From the NCBI GenBank assembly GCA_902537725.1, contig CACBCD010000003.1, forward strand, positions 24,441-88,440: DNA of 64,000 nt. The letters run 5' to 3'. The first letter of the stretch is position 1. Every line of letters begins with the position of its first letter. Made by a program: the position numbers and the translations under genes. The stretch comes from an uncultured PS1 clade bacterium. Lineage in GTDB: Bacteria; Pseudomonadota; Alphaproteobacteria; MED-G09. Shown piece by piece: positions 7,915-19,451 of the stretch. The notes beneath the pieces are model-generated. The model was given only the letters and a program-made list of their open reading frames with translations. It made no database searches and was not told where the DNA came from.

Positions 7915-10050
7915 ATGAGAAATATTAAGTCATTAAAAGATATAGATTTGGATTTAAATATATTAGATAACAATAAGTTAGATAAAAAAAGTAATGTTTA
8001 TGATACACCTGAAGGAATAGAATTAAAATCATTTTATACTAAAAAAGATATTGAAAACCTTAATCATATAGACTCATTACCTGGTATAGATCCATTTGTT
8101 AGGGGTCCCTATCCAACAATGTATACTAATAAACCATGGACTATTAGACAGTACGCAGGTTTTTCTACCGCTGAAGAGTCAAATGCATTTTATAGAAAAA
8201 ATCTTGAAAATGGACAAATGGGGTTATCTATTGCTTTTGATTTAGCTACTCATAGAGGTTACGACTCTGACAATCCAAGAGTTTCAGGTGATGTAGGAAT
8301 GGCAGGGGTTGCAATAGACTCAATTCTTGATATGAGAGTTCTCTTCAAAGACATTCCCTTAGATAAGATGTCTGTTTCAATGACAATGAATGGAGCTGTA
8401 ATCCCAATTATGGCCCTTTATATCGTTGCGGCAGAGGAACAGGGTGTTTCAACAGATCAATTAAAAGGAACAATTCAAAATGATATTTTAAAAGAATTTA
8501 TGGTGAGAAATACATATATATACCCTCCAAAACCCTCAATGAGAATAATTTCAGATATTTTTAGATATACTGCTGAAAATATGCCAAAATTTAATTCAAT
8601 ATCAATATCAGGCTATCATATGCAAGAAGCCGGTGCATCAGCTGATTTAGAGCTAGCATATACAATTGCTGACGGGCTTGAATACATAAAAGCTGGAATT
8701 AATGCTGGCTTAGATATTGATGCCTTCGCTCCTCGCCTATCATTTTTTTGGGCAATTGGTATGGATTACTTTATGGAAATAGCAAAAATGAGGGCCGCAC
8801 GTTTAATTTGGGCTAATTTAGTAAGAGAATTTAATCCTAAAGATCAAAGATCCCTTGCTTTAAGAACTCATTGTCAAACATCTGGATGGTCTTTAACAGC
8901 TCAAGATCCTCTTAACAATATAACAAGAACATGTATTGAAGCATTAGCCGCTACTCATGGACATACTCAATCTTTGCATACTAATAGTTTCGATGAAGCT
9001 ATTGCACTACCGACTGATTTTTCTGCTAGAATTGCTAGAAATACTCAATTGTTTATTCAAAATGAAACAGGCACATGTAATGTTATAGATCCCTGGGGCG
9101 GCTCATTTTTTATTGAAAAATTGACCTCAGATCTTGCTGAAAAAGCTCTTGGGCATATTGACGAAATTAACAAATATGGTGGTATGACTGAGGCAATAGA
9201 AAAAAACATTCCAAAAATGAGAATTGAAGAGTCAGCTACTAAAGTTCAAGCAAGAATTGACTCGAGTGAAAAAACTGTTGTTGGTGTCAATAAGTTTACT
9301 TTATCGGATAACGAAGAGGAAAAAATAGATATTAAAAAAGTAGATAATTCTCAAGTTCTCGCAAATCAAATAGAGAGATTAAAAAAATTAAAATCTGAAA
9401 GAAACAATAATGAAGTCAAAGAAAAATTAGAAAAAATTAGGACTGGAATTAAACAAAATAAGAATGTTTTAGAGCTTGCTGTTAATGCTGCAAGAGTAGG
9501 TGCAACTGTTGGTGAAATTTCAAATGCAATGGAAGAGGTTTGGGATAGGCATAAAGCTGAAGTAACTCTAGTAAAAAATACTTATGCAAATAACTTTTCT
9601 TCAGAAAAAATTGATTACATAAGAAAAAGGACCAAAGACTTTGAGGCAAAAGAACATAGAAAGCCTAAGGTATTTATAGCAAAGTTAGGACAAGATGGTC
9701 ATGATAGAGGTCAAAAAGTAGTTGCAAGCGCCCTTGTTGATATGGGTTTTGACATTGAAGTTAGCTCCTTATTCCAAACACCATCTGAGGTAGCTGAATT
9801 AGTTCTAAAAACAGAGTCCGATATTGTTGCAGCCTCCTCTTTAGCCGCTGGTCATTTGACTTTGGTTCCTCAACTAAAAGATGAATTAAATATAAGAGGT
9901 CTTGAAAATATTCATATAGTGGTAGGTGGAGTAATACCAAAAGATGATTTTAGCCCACTTTTAGACTCTGGGGCATCAGCAATTTTTGCTACAGGGACTA
10001 ATATTGTAGATGCTGCAGCCGAATTATTAAATATTTTAGAAATTAAGTAG
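7915..10050 (+). CDS. mutB: Methylmalonyl-CoA mutase large (catalytic, AdoCbl-binding) subunit
   Basis: PWTIRQYAGF, AFDLATHRGYDSD, QNDILKEFMVRN and the B12-binding GQDGHDRG motif. Confidence 0.97.
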   Translation: MRNIKSLKDIDLDLNILDNNKLDKKSNVYDTPEGIELKSFYTKKDIENLNHIDSLPGIDPFVRGPYPTMYTNKPWTIRQYAGFSTAEESNAFYRKNLENGQMGLSIAFDLATHRGYDSDNPRVSGDVGMAGVAIDSILDMRVLFKDIPLDKMSVSMTMNGAVIPIMALYIVAAEEQGVSTDQLKGTIQNDILKEFMVRNTYIYPPKPSMRIISDIFRYTAENMPKFNSISISGYHMQEAGASADLELAYTIADGLEYIKAGINAGLDIDAFAPRLSFFWAIGMDYFMEIAKMRAARLIWANLVREFNPKDQRSLALRTHCQTSGWSLTAQDPLNNITRTCIEALAATHGHTQSLHTNSFDEAIALPTDFSARIARNTQLFIQNETGTCNVIDPWGGSFFIEKLTSDLAEKALGHIDEINKYGGMTEAIEKNIPKMRIEESATKVQARIDSSEKTVVGVNKFTLSDNEEEKIDIKKVDNSQVLANQIERLKKLKSERNNNEVKEKLEKIRTGIKQNKNVLELAVNAARVGATVGEISNAMEEVWDRHKAEVTLVKNTYANNFSSEKIDYIRKRTKDFEAKEHRKPKVFIAKLGQDGHDRGQKVVASALVDMGFDIEVSSLFQTPSEVAELVLKTESDIVAASSLAAGHLTLVPQLKDELNIRGLENIHIVVGGVIPKDDFSPLLDSGASAIFATGTNIVDAAAELLNILEIK

Positions 10051-10912
10051 TTTCTTTATTAATTACTCTAATTAACCCCTCTTGAGCAACAGAAGCCACT
10101 AAGTTACCAGAGGTATCAAATATACTTCCTCTATTAAAACCTCTTGCTCCTGAAGCAGATGGACTATCTTGACTATAAAGAAGCCACTCATCAGCTTTAA
10201 AGGGTCTATGAAACCACATTGCATGATCTAAACTTGCCGATTGAAGATTAGGACTCATAAAGTTAATACCATGAGGATTTGTGCAAGTATCTAATAATGA
10301 CATATCTGACATATAAGCAAGAACACATTGATGCAACGAAACATTTTCTGGTAATGAAGATTTTGCCCTAAACCATACTAAATTTTGAGGAATTTTTGGT
10401 TGCGGATTCATTAAATCTACTGGATCTATAGGCCTAACCTCTACTGGCCATTCTTTATTGAAAGAGTCCTTAAATTCCTCTGGAACATTTTCAATTATTT
10501 TTTTCCTTAAATCATGCTCGGATGGAAGATCGTTATAATTTAAAACATCAGGCATAGGATCTTGATGATTTAAACCTTCTTCTTCTATTTGGAATGAAGC
10601 TGATAAATTAAAAATTTTCTTACCATGTTGAACAGCAACAACCCTTCTTGAAGTAAACGACCTTCCATCTCTTGCTCTATCAACTTCATAGAGAATTGGA
10701 ACTTTAGGATCACCTGCTCTAAGAAAATATGCATGAAGAGAATGACAAACTCTGTTTTCAACGGTTCTACTGGCTGCGACTAAAGCTTGTCCAATAACTT
10801 GACCACCAAAAACTCTTTGCCATCTATCAGTTGGACTTTGACCTCTAAAAAGATTTACCTCAATTCTCTCTATATCCAATAAATCAATTAAATCATTTAA
10901 TCTTTTATTCAT
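10043..10912 (-). CDS. tesB: Acyl-CoA thioesterase II
   Basis: VFGGQVIGQAL, HSLHAYFLRAG, RDGRSFTSRRV, ASLDHAMWFH and VAQEGLIR motifs. Confidence 0.95.
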   Translation of the reverse strand: MNKRLNDLIDLLDIERIEVNLFRGQSPTDRWQRVFGGQVIGQALVAASRTVENRVCHSLHAYFLRAGDPKVPILYEVDRARDGRSFTSRRVVAVQHGKKIFNLSASFQIEEEGLNHQDPMPDVLNYNDLPSEHDLRKKIIENVPEEFKDSFNKEWPVEVRPIDPVDLMNPQPKIPQNLVWFRAKSSLPENVSLHQCVLAYMSDMSLLDTCTNPHGINFMSPNLQSASLDHAMWFHRPFKADEWLLYSQDSPSASGARGFNRGSIFDTSGNLVASVAQEGLIRVINKETT

Positions 10913-10916
10913 TAAT

Positions 10917-11633
10917 TTACCTGGCTCTTTGATTAAAAAGTATAGATTTTGCTTTTTTTGCTTCTTTAGTATTTTCCGCTAAAGACTGCTTTCTTAATTC
11001 TTTACCAACAGCAAAGCCTCTCTTAACAGCTGGTCGATTGCCAACTTTTTCTAACCATTTTTCTAGATATGGAAAATCAGATATTTTTTGACCTTGATTT
11101 TTCCATGGCTTTACCCAACCCCAACACGCCATGTCAGCAATTGAGTATCTTCCGGCAAGATACTCATTTTTTCTTAATTGCTTATTCATAACACCATAAA
11201 GTCTATTTACTTCATCAGTATACCTCTTAACTGCATAGCTAATTTTTTTTGGAGCGTATTGTCTAAAATGATGAGCTTGGCCAGCCATGGGTCCAAGACC
11301 ACACATTTGCCAGTAAATCCATTCATCAACTTTAACCCTATCTCTTTCATTTTTTGGATAAAATTTTCCTGATTTTCGACCAAGGTATTGAAGAATAGCT
11401 CCTGACTCAAACACGGAAATCGTTTTACCACCAGGTCCATCAGGATCAATAATCGCTGGCATTCGATTGTTTGGTGAAATCTTTAAAAACTTGGGTTTAA
11501 ATTGATCACCCTTTCCAATATTTACAGGTTTTAGTACGTAAGGAATTTTACACTCTTCTAACATTATAGAGATTTTCCATCCATTTGGCGTAGGCCAATA
11601 ATATAATTCAATAGGTTTTTTTTGTTTCTTCAT
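10917..11633 (-). CDS. Glutathione S-transferase family disulfide oxidoreductase (YfcG-like)
   Basis: YYWPTPNGWKISIMLEE, SPNNRMPAIID, FESGAIL and GPMAGQAHHF motifs. Confidence 0.9.
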   Translation of the reverse strand: MKKQKKPIELYYWPTPNGWKISIMLEECKIPYVLKPVNIGKGDQFKPKFLKISPNNRMPAIIDPDGPGGKTISVFESGAILQYLGRKSGKFYPKNERDRVKVDEWIYWQMCGLGPMAGQAHHFRQYAPKKISYAVKRYTDEVNRLYGVMNKQLRKNEYLAGRYSIADMACWGWVKPWKNQGQKISDFPYLEKWLEKVGNRPAVKRGFAVGKELRKQSLAENTKEAKKAKSILFNQRAR

Positions 11634-11636
11634 TTT

Positions 11637-13094
11637 TTAACCTTTTTTTAAAAGTTTTTTGCCTAAAATTTCATTTACTGTCTTAGGATTAGCTTTACCT
11701 TGTGTCTCCTTCATTACCTGTCCAACAAACCAACCAATTAGGTTTGGTTTTTCTGACAATGCATTAACCTGGTCAGGGTTTTTTTCTATAATTTTATCTA
11801 TGACTGACTCGATTTCGTTTAAATCATTAACTTGCTTCATATTATTTGCATCTACTATAGATACCGGACTCTCACCTGTATTAAGCATTATTTCAAATAC
11901 ATCTTTTGCAATCCTACCAGTGATGGTTTCATTATCAATTAAATTAATTAATTCCCCCAAATCCTCGGCTTTAATAGGGCAATCCTCAATTGTTTTATTG
12001 ATTTTATTTAAAACTGAGAATAATTCACCTATTACCCAATTACAGACTAGTTTGGGATTGCTATTTTCAGCAGCTGCTTCAAAATAGTCAGCAGTTTCTT
12101 TCTCTGAAACTAAAATATTTGAGTCGTAGGATGACAAGTCATAATCATCAATAAATCTTTTTTTTCTAATATCTGGAAGCTCTGGTAATGTTTTTTTTAT
12201 CTCATCAACAAATTCATTAGTAAATGTTAGCGGTAATAAGTCAGGATCAGGAAAATACCTATAATCATGAGAGTCCTCTTTACTTCTCATTGACCTTGTT
12301 TGACCTTTTTTTGGATCAAAAAGTCTAGTTTGCTGTTCAATTAAGTCACCCTTCTCTATTAAATTTATTTGTCTTTTTGCTTCATAATCAATGGCTTGTC
12401 CAATAAACTTAATTGAGTTTACATTTTTTATTTCACATCGTGTTCCAAGGTCATCTCCCGGCTTTCTAACTGAAACATTTATATCAGCTCTTAAAGAGCC
12501 TTCTTCCATATTACCATCACAAGTTTGTAAATATTTCATAATATTTCTTAGTTTTTTAACATAAGCTTGTGCTTCTTCAGGTGATCTCATGTCTGGCATC
12601 GATACTATCTCCATTAATGCAACACCTGATCTATTTAGATCTACAAATGAATAACTTGGATGTTGATCATGAAGTGATTTTCCTGCATCCTGCTCTAAAT
12701 GAAGTCTTTCAATTCCAATATTTTTTGACTCACCATCATCTAGATCAATTGTTATCATTCCATTACCAACGATAGGTTGTTCAAATTGGGAAATTTGATA
12801 TCCTTGAGGTAAGTCAGGATAAAAATAATTCTTTCTATCAAAAATAGAGAAGTTATTAATTTTAGCATTTAATCCTAATCCCGTTTTTATAGCCTGCTCT
12901 ACACATACTGAATTAATAACAGGTAACATTCCAGGCATTCCAGCGTCAACAAAGCTTACTTGTGTATTATGATCTGCACCAAAAGATGTTGAAGATCCAG
13001 AAAAGAGTTTTGAATTTGAAATTATTTGAGCATGTACTTCGATACCAATCACAATTTCCCAATCACCAGTGTTTCCTCTTAGTAAATTATTCAT
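11637..13094 (-). CDS. gatB: Asp/Glu-tRNA amidotransferase subunit B
   Basis: [27 protein letters not shown] and [10 protein letters not shown] motifs; likely start 13094 (ATGA overlap with gatA stop). Confidence 0.97.
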   Translation of the reverse strand: MNNLLRGNTGDWEIVIGIEVHAQIISNSKLFSGSSTSFGADHNTQVSFVDAGMPGMLPVINSVCVEQAIKTGLGLNAKINNFSIFDRKNYFYPDLPQGYQISQFEQPIVGNGMITIDLDDGESKNIGIERLHLEQDAGKSLHDQHPSYSFVDLNRSGVALMEIVSMPDMRSPEEAQAYVKKLRNIMKYLQTCDGNMEEGSLRADINVSVRKPGDDLGTRCEIKNVNSIKFIGQAIDYEAKRQINLIEKGDLIEQQTRLFDPKKGQTRSMRSKEDSHDYRYFPDPDLLPLTFTNEFVDEIKKTLPELPDIRKKRFIDDYDLSSYDSNILVSEKETADYFEAAAENSNPKLVCNWVIGELFSVLNKINKTIEDCPIKAEDLGELINLIDNETITGRIAKDVFEIMLNTGESPVSIVDANNMKQVNDLNEIESVIDKIIEKNPDQVNALSEKPNLIGWFVGQVMKETQGKANPKTVNEILGKKLLKKG

Positions 13095-14569
13095 TGAACC
13101 CACCATTGATTTTCAATATTTTTAAAATTTGCTGAATCCTCAATAACTTTTGCAAATGAATAAATAGTCTCTTCCTCAAAAGGTTTTCCAATAAGCTGAA
13201 GTCCCAAAGGTAATCCATTTGAGTCTAAACCCGCAGGAACAGAAATAGCCGGGAGACCAGCAAGATTAACAGGGACTGTAAAAATATCATTTAAATACAT
13301 TGATAACGGATCGTCCGATTTTTCATTCAAACCAAACGCTGAATTTGGTGTAGAAGGAGTTAATATAACATCAACACTATTAAAGACCTTATTATAATCT
13401 TCTGTAATTAAAGACCTTACTTTTTGAGCTTTTAAATAATAAGCATCATAATATCCTGAAGATAAAACATAGGTTCCTATCATAATCCTTCTCTTAACTT
13501 CATCTCCAAAGCCTTCAGATCTTGTAGCTCTATACATTTCATTTATATCAGATGAATTTACAGAATGGCCAAACCTTACACCATCATATCTAGCTAAATT
13601 TGATGATGCTTCAGCAGGGGCAATTATATAGTAGCAAGGAAGAGCATATTTTGTATTAGGTAAAGAAATATCAATAATTTCTGCTCCTGATTTTTTTAAC
13701 CATTCTTTTCCTTTATCCCAAATATCTATTATCTCATTGGACATACCTTCTTGAAAAAACTCATTTGGAATACCAACTTTCAAACCCTTAACACTATTTC
13801 CAATTGATTCTTCAAAATTTGGTATTTTTTTTGAGGAACTAGTTGTATCTTTTGGGTCATGACTACACATATTTTTTAATAAAATAGCGTTATCTCTGAC
13901 ATTTCTTGTTATAGGGCCCGCTTGATCTAAAGAAGAAGCAAAGGCTATTATACCCCAACGAGAGCATCTACCATAAGTTGGTTTTAATCCTACAGTACCA
14001 GTAAATGAAGCTGGTTGCCTTATTGATCCTCCTGTATCTGTTCCAAGAGCTCCAAGACTAATATTTGCAGCTACAGATGCTGATGATCCTCCTGATGAGC
14101 CTCCTGGCACTAAATTTTGTTCATTATTATTTCCTTTCCATGGATTTATTACAGGTCCATAAAAACTTGTTTCATTAGAAGAGCCCATTGCAAATTCATC
14201 ATTATTTAGTTTTCCTAATAATATCGCGCCCTCATTCCATAAATTATTAGTAACTGTAGACTCATAAGGCGGAATAAAATTTGAAAGCATTTTGCTCGAT
14301 GCAGTAGTTAATACACCTTTAGTACAAAACATATCTTTCACACCTATAGGAATTCCCTCTAAATCTCTATTTGTCCCTTTATTTAACCTTGAGTCGGAAT
14401 TCTCAGCTGATTTAATGGCAATTTCAGGAGTTTCAGTGATAAAAGCGTTTAAAGATCTTGAAGACTCCATTACCGCAATATGATCTAAAACAAGCTCCTT
14501 AGAGGTAAAATCTTTATTTAAAAGACCCTCTCTAGCATCATAAAGACATAATTCGGTTAATTTTTTCAT
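13091..14569 (-). CDS. gatA: Asp/Glu-tRNA amidotransferase subunit A
   Basis: Amidase signature [29 protein letters not shown]. Confidence 0.97.
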   Translation of the reverse strand: MKKLTELCLYDAREGLLNKDFTSKELVLDHIAVMESSRSLNAFITETPEIAIKSAENSDSRLNKGTNRDLEGIPIGVKDMFCTKGVLTTASSKMLSNFIPPYESTVTNNLWNEGAILLGKLNNDEFAMGSSNETSFYGPVINPWKGNNNEQNLVPGGSSGGSSASVAANISLGALGTDTGGSIRQPASFTGTVGLKPTYGRCSRWGIIAFASSLDQAGPITRNVRDNAILLKNMCSHDPKDTTSSSKKIPNFEESIGNSVKGLKVGIPNEFFQEGMSNEIIDIWDKGKEWLKKSGAEIIDISLPNTKYALPCYYIIAPAEASSNLARYDGVRFGHSVNSSDINEMYRATRSEGFGDEVKRRIMIGTYVLSSGYYDAYYLKAQKVRSLITEDYNKVFNSVDVILTPSTPNSAFGLNEKSDDPLSMYLNDIFTVPVNLAGLPAISVPAGLDSNGLPLGLQLIGKPFEEETIYSFAKVIEDSANFKNIENQWWVQ

Positions 14570-14862
14570 TAATCTATAACCTTAGGTACAAGAAAAAAAC
14601 CTTCTTCAGAGTTAGGCGCATTCACTGTTATATCTTCTCTATAATTACCGTCATTAATTATATCTTCTCTTTTTTTCATGCCTTTATCATTATCAAAGGA
14701 TGAAAATGTTGGTGAAACCGTTTCAGTATTAACTTCAGAAAGTTGATCCACCCAATCAATAATTTGATTCAAATCTTCTTGAAATTTTTCGATCTCATCA
14801 TCTTTGAAGGAAATTTTTGATAGTTTGGCTATTTTTACAACGTTATCTTTATCTACTGACAT
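14569..14862 (-). CDS. gatC: Asp/Glu-tRNA amidotransferase subunit C
   Basis: [18 protein letters not shown] and FFLVPKVID motifs; GGAGA RBS before the ATG at 14862. Confidence 0.93.
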   Translation of the reverse strand: MSVDKDNVVKIAKLSKISFKDDEIEKFQEDLNQIIDWVDQLSEVNTETVSPTFSSFDNDKGMKKREDIINDGNYREDITVNAPNSEEGFFLVPKVID

Positions 14863-14937
14863 TATTTCTCCTAAATTAAATTCACAAATAGCAAAGTCTC
14901 TCTTGCATCGCAACACTAACAATTGATACTTATAAAC

Positions 14938-15405
14938 ATGATGATTAATGATTCAAAACAATTTCGAGAAATAATACCATATAAAAGCCCTATTTTAGGC
15001 ATTGACTTAGGAACAAAGAGAATAGGTATGGCTATTTCTGATATAAATCAAAAAATTGCCTCACCTTTTAAAGTTGAAGAGAATCAAAATTTTTCTGAAA
15101 TATTAAATATTTTAAAAAAAATTAGAATTGATAGAGATATATGTTCTATTGTTGTTGGTGACCCAATAAATATGGATGGATCAATTGGCCCAAAATCACA
15201 ATCAAGCAGATCTTTTGTAAATAATTTATCTAAGGAAATAAATATTCCAATTTTATTATGGGATGAGAGACTCACAACAGTATCAGCAGAAAGATCTCTA
15301 TTAGAGGCAGATCTATCAAGAAAAAAAAGACAACAAATAATAGATAAAATTGCCGCCTCAATAATTTTACAAAGTTTTTTAGACTATCTGAACACTAAGA
15401 AATAA
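14938..15405 (+). CDS. ruvX: YqgF/RuvX family nuclease (pre-16S rRNA processing)
   Basis: LGIDLGTKRIG, WDERLTT and IDKIAASIILQ motifs; start codon uncertain (14923 TTG, 14938 or 14941 ATG). Confidence 0.92.
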   Translation: MMINDSKQFREIIPYKSPILGIDLGTKRIGMAISDINQKIASPFKVEENQNFSEILNILKKIRIDRDICSIVVGDPINMDGSIGPKSQSSRSFVNNLSKEINIPILLWDERLTTVSAERSLLEADLSRKKRQQIIDKIAASIILQSFLDYLNTKK

Positions 15406-16252
15406 TATCTCTGAGAAGAACCATTCTACACCATAAACCATAGCGCATTTGATCAAAATATTTTGCTCTTAAGTCACTGTCAAATTCTCTTGGAATTTCT
15501 GAAACTCTGGGTAATGGATGCATAACGATTGATTTTTTAGGAAGTAAATTTAGTTTTTCTAATGATAAAGAATATTTATGATCACTTCCTCTTTCAGTTT
15601 GAACTCTGGTTACATATAAAACATCTGTCTCATTTATAACTTCATCTATTTTACTAGTTTCAAATGAGTTTTTTGGTAAAGATTCCATTGGAAATGATAA
15701 TTCTTTTGGACTAACAAAGTTAAAATGATTACCTGAATACCTAGATAATAGTTTTACAAGACTCTTTACTGTTCTTCCATTCTTAAGGTCACCAATCATT
15801 GTAATTCTTAAATTATCTATATTTTCATTATTGTTGTAAAAGATTGTAAATCCATCTAATAATGTTTGAGTGGGATGTTCGCCTTCACCATCACCAGCGT
15901 TTATTATTGGAACATTGCTTACATTTGCAGCTTTAGCAACAGAACCTGTTTCAGGGTGCCTTAAAACTATACAATCACTCATTGTCCCCATTGTCATAAC
16001 TGTATCTTCGAGACTTTCACCTTTAATAGCGCTTGAAAATTTTACATTATTAATAGGTATAACCGATCCACCCTGTCTAACCATTGCACTATAAAAGGAT
16101 GATGATGTTCTAGTAGATGGTTCATAAAATAAATTAGTTAAGACTTTATTTTTCAAAGCATTTGAATGATTATTTTTTTGATCAATAGCTTTTGACCATA
16201 AATCAAAAATATAATTTTCTTTCATATCGTCTACTGACAGAAGATGTTGCAC
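15395..16252 (-). CDS. pyrB: Aspartate carbamoyltransferase catalytic subunit, CAD/eukaryote-like type
   Basis: FYEPSTRTSSSF, KGESLED, LRHP, INAGDGEGEHPTQTLLD, GDLKNGRTV and MHPLPR motifs; GTG start. Confidence 0.95.
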   Translation of the reverse strand: MQHLLSVDDMKENYIFDLWSKAIDQKNNHSNALKNKVLTNLFYEPSTRTSSSFYSAMVRQGGSVIPINNVKFSSAIKGESLEDTVMTMGTMSDCIVLRHPETGSVAKAANVSNVPIINAGDGEGEHPTQTLLDGFTIFYNNNENIDNLRITMIGDLKNGRTVKSLVKLLSRYSGNHFNFVSPKELSFPMESLPKNSFETSKIDEVINETDVLYVTRVQTERGSDHKYSLSLEKLNLLPKKSIVMHPLPRVSEIPREFDSDLRAKYFDQMRYGLWCRMVLLRDIIS

Positions 16253-16284
16253 GTTTTTCCCTTTCAGATTACTTATATATTAAA

Positions 16285-16884
16285 ATGACAATTTTAAACC
16301 TTATATTTTTAAATTTTTTTATTATTTTAATAAGTTATCTTTTTGGTTCAATTCCAAGTGGATATGTTTTAACAAAATATTTTAGTAAAATTGATATCAC
16401 AAAAGAAGGTTCAAGAAATATTGGAGCTACAAATGTTTTAAGGTCTGGGTCAAAAAGACTAGCAATTTTTACATTACTTCTTGATGCATCAAAAGGTATT
16501 ATACCAATAATAATTTTTTATAATTCAACTTTATCTCTAATATTAGCGGGTTTATCATCCTTTATAGGACACAATTACCCGATATGGCTAAAATTTAATG
16601 GCGGTAAAGGTATAGCAACATATTTAGGAATTAGTTTCGCTGTATCTCTTAAGTTAGGAGTTATATTTATATTAATATGGTTAATTACCGTGCTAATCTC
16701 AAAAACGTCTTCAATATCTTCACTTTTAACTATTTTTTTGATTCCTTTTATTTCTTTATTAATCTTAGATGATAAAATAATTTCATTGCTTTTTTTAATT
16801 TTAACTTCTATTTCGTTTTACAGGCATAGATCAAATATAAAAAGAATTATCAACGGAAATGAACCAAAGATTAATATTAAATAA
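16285..16884 (+). CDS. plsY: Glycerol-3-phosphate 1-O-acyltransferase PlsY
   Basis: SYLFGSIP, GSRNIGATNVLR, LDASKG, GHNYP..LKFNGGKGIAT and RHRSNIKR motifs; likely start 16285. Confidence 0.95.
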   Translation: MTILNLIFLNFFIILISYLFGSIPSGYVLTKYFSKIDITKEGSRNIGATNVLRSGSKRLAIFTLLLDASKGIIPIIIFYNSTLSLILAGLSSFIGHNYPIWLKFNGGKGIATYLGISFAVSLKLGVIFILIWLITVLISKTSSISSLLTIFLIPFISLLILDDKIISLLFLILTSISFYRHRSNIKRIINGNEPKINIK

Positions 16885-16976
16885 TTCTAAAAATAAAAAA
16901 AAATCTTGAATTATGATGCTAATTTTGACTAATTGAATGACTGAAATTGATTTTTTTTCAATTAGGGAGTTAATAA

Positions 16977-19445
16977 ATGCATGTTGTTGTTGTTGAATCG
17001 CCAGCTAAAGCAAAGACAATTGAAGGTTATCTTGGTTCAAGTTATAAGGTTATAGCATCATTTGGGCATATAAGAGATCTTCCTTCCTCTGAAGGTTCTG
17101 TAAAACCTGATAATGACTTTGAAATGTCATGGGAAATGGACTCCAAAGGAAAAAAACAAACAAAAATTATTCAGGATGCATTAAAGAGTGCTAACTCATT
17201 AATTCTCGCCACTGACCCTGATCGTGAAGGAGAAGCAATTGCATGGCATGTTTTACAAGCACTTAATGAAAAAGATGGACTGAAGGATAAAGATGTTTCT
17301 CGTGTAACTTTTAATGCAATAACAAAAAAAACTGTAATTGAAGCTATAGAGAACCCTAGAGAGCTAGATAAAGAATTAATTAATGCATATCTTGCAAGAA
17401 GAGCTTTAGATTATTTAGTTGGCTTTACCCTATCACCTGTTTTATGGAGAAAATTACCTGGAGCAAGATCTGCTGGTAGAGTTCAATCAGTTGCGTTAAG
17501 GTTACTATGTGAAAGAGAAATAGAAATAGAATCATTTATCCCAAAAGAGTATTGGTCGATTAATTCTTTTTTAACCTATGAAGACAATCCAACATTTAAA
17601 GCTTCGTTAACACATTACAATAAGAAAAAAATTGAACAATTTGATATTAAAAATTCTGATGAGGCAGAAAAAATTAAAGAAGCATTAAATACATCAAATT
17701 TTGTAGTTGAAAAAATTGATGAAAAAGAAGTTTCTAGAAAGCCATCACCTCCATTTATTACATCTTCAATGCAAATGGAGGCATCAAGAAAACTAGGAAT
17801 GTCAGCAAAAAATACAATGCAAATTGCTCAAAGATTATATCAAAATGGTTTAATTACTTACATGAGAACCGATGGTGTTCAAATTGGTGAGGAAGGAATT
17901 ACAGAAATAAGATCATCAATAAATACTATTTATAGTGATAAATACCTACCTTCGAAATCTAACGAATACAAAAGTAAAATTACTAATGCTCAAGAGGCTC
18001 ATGAGGCAATTCGACCAACTGATGCAAGTATTTCTCCAGAAAGAATTGGTTCAGAGTTCTCTAAAGAAGAAAAAGATCTCTATGGATTAATTTGGAAAAG
18101 AACTATTGCAAGTCAAATGGAAAATTGGAGAGGTTTAAGAACTACAATTAATATTGTAAATACTAATAGAGATATTCAATTAAGGGTATCTGGAACAGTA
18201 ACGACTTTTGATGGATACAGAACTTTGTACGAGGAAGGTAGAAAAGAAGATAAACCTCAAGAAAATCAAGAATTACCAAAACTAGAAAAAGGTCAATACC
18301 TAAAAATAATTAACACTGAAACTAATCAACATTTCACAAAAGCACCTCCAAGGTACTCTGAGGCTACATTAGTAAAATCATTGGAAGAAAAAGGTATAGG
18401 AAGACCTTCGACCTACGCATCTATCATATCTGTTCTTCAAGATCGCCAGTACGTAATAATTGAAAATAGATATTTTAAACCTGAAGCGAAAGGAAGATTA
18501 TTGTCTTCTTTTCTTGAAAATTTCTTCACACAATATGTTAGTTATAACTTTACAGCTGAATTAGAAAAGAGCCTTGATAAGGTATCAAATGGTGAAATTA
18601 ACTGGAAAGATTTTTTAAATAGTTTCTGGGATGAATTCAGTGATTGCGCTGATTCAGCTCTGGAATTAAGAACAAGAGAAATTTTAGATACACTTAACGA
18701 AAGTATTGGTAACCATGTTTTCAAAGATGAAAATGGTGAAGTTAATAGACAATGTCCAAAGTGTAGTGAAGGTGAATTAAGTTTGAAAACTAGTAGAAAT
18801 GGTGCCTTTGTTGGATGCTCTCAATATCCAGACTGCAAATATACAAGATCTTTTGGTTCATCTGAAAGAAATGTTGAGGAAAAAATTCTGGGTAAAGATC
18901 CTGCTAGCGGTGAGGATATTCACCTTTTAATAGGAAGATATGGACCTTATGTTCAAATCGGTCTTAATGAAGACAAAGATAAAAAACCAAAAAGATCCTC
19001 CATTCCCAAAACAATGGATCCTTCAGATTTGAACTTAGAGAAAGCAATAGACTTACTTTCTTTACCAAAAGCAATTGGGATTCATCCTGAAGATAATAAG
19101 GAAATAATCGGGGCAATTGGCCCTTATGGTCCTTATTTATTACATGAAGGGGTTTATGCAAATCTTCAAAATGTTGATGAATTATTTACCATAGGCCTTA
19201 ATAGAGCAGTTGATTTAATTGAAGAGAAAAGAGCAAATCCTGGTCGTGGAAGAGGAAGTAAAGTGATCAGGGAAATAGGAACTCACCCCAAAGATAAAAA
19301 GCCCATAAAACTTATGGATGGAAAATATGGTCCTTATGTAAAGCATGGAAAACTCAATGTAAGCATTCCTAAAGAGAAAAATATTGACGATATTGATATG
19401 GATATTGCAATTGACCTTCTTAACAAACCAAAAAAGAAAAATTAA
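16977..19445 (+). CDS. topA: DNA topoisomerase I
   Basis: VVESPAKAKTI, ATDPDREGEAI, SAGRVQS, ITYMRTD and GIGRPSTY motifs; one Zn ribbon plus C-terminal repeats (GRYGPY-type). Confidence 0.98.
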   Translation: MHVVVVESPAKAKTIEGYLGSSYKVIASFGHIRDLPSSEGSVKPDNDFEMSWEMDSKGKKQTKIIQDALKSANSLILATDPDREGEAIAWHVLQALNEKDGLKDKDVSRVTFNAITKKTVIEAIENPRELDKELINAYLARRALDYLVGFTLSPVLWRKLPGARSAGRVQSVALRLLCEREIEIESFIPKEYWSINSFLTYEDNPTFKASLTHYNKKKIEQFDIKNSDEAEKIKEALNTSNFVVEKIDEKEVSRKPSPPFITSSMQMEASRKLGMSAKNTMQIAQRLYQNGLITYMRTDGVQIGEEGITEIRSSINTIYSDKYLPSKSNEYKSKITNAQEAHEAIRPTDASISPERIGSEFSKEEKDLYGLIWKRTIASQMENWRGLRTTINIVNTNRDIQLRVSGTVTTFDGYRTLYEEGRKEDKPQENQELPKLEKGQYLKIINTETNQHFTKAPPRYSEATLVKSLEEKGIGRPSTYASIISVLQDRQYVIIENRYFKPEAKGRLLSSFLENFFTQYVSYNFTAELEKSLDKVSNGEINWKDFLNSFWDEFSDCADSALELRTREILDTLNESIGNHVFKDENGEVNRQCPKCSEGELSLKTSRNGAFVGCSQYPDCKYTRSFGSSERNVEEKILGKDPASGEDIHLLIGRYGPYVQIGLNEDKDKKPKRSSIPKTMDPSDLNLEKAIDLLSLPKAIGIHPEDNKEIIGAIGPYGPYLLHEGVYANLQNVDELFTIGLNRAVDLIEEKRANPGRGRGSKVIREIGTHPKDKKPIKLMDGKYGPYVKHGKLNVSIPKEKNIDDIDMDIAIDLLNKPKKKN

Positions 19446-19451
19446 ACTTAA

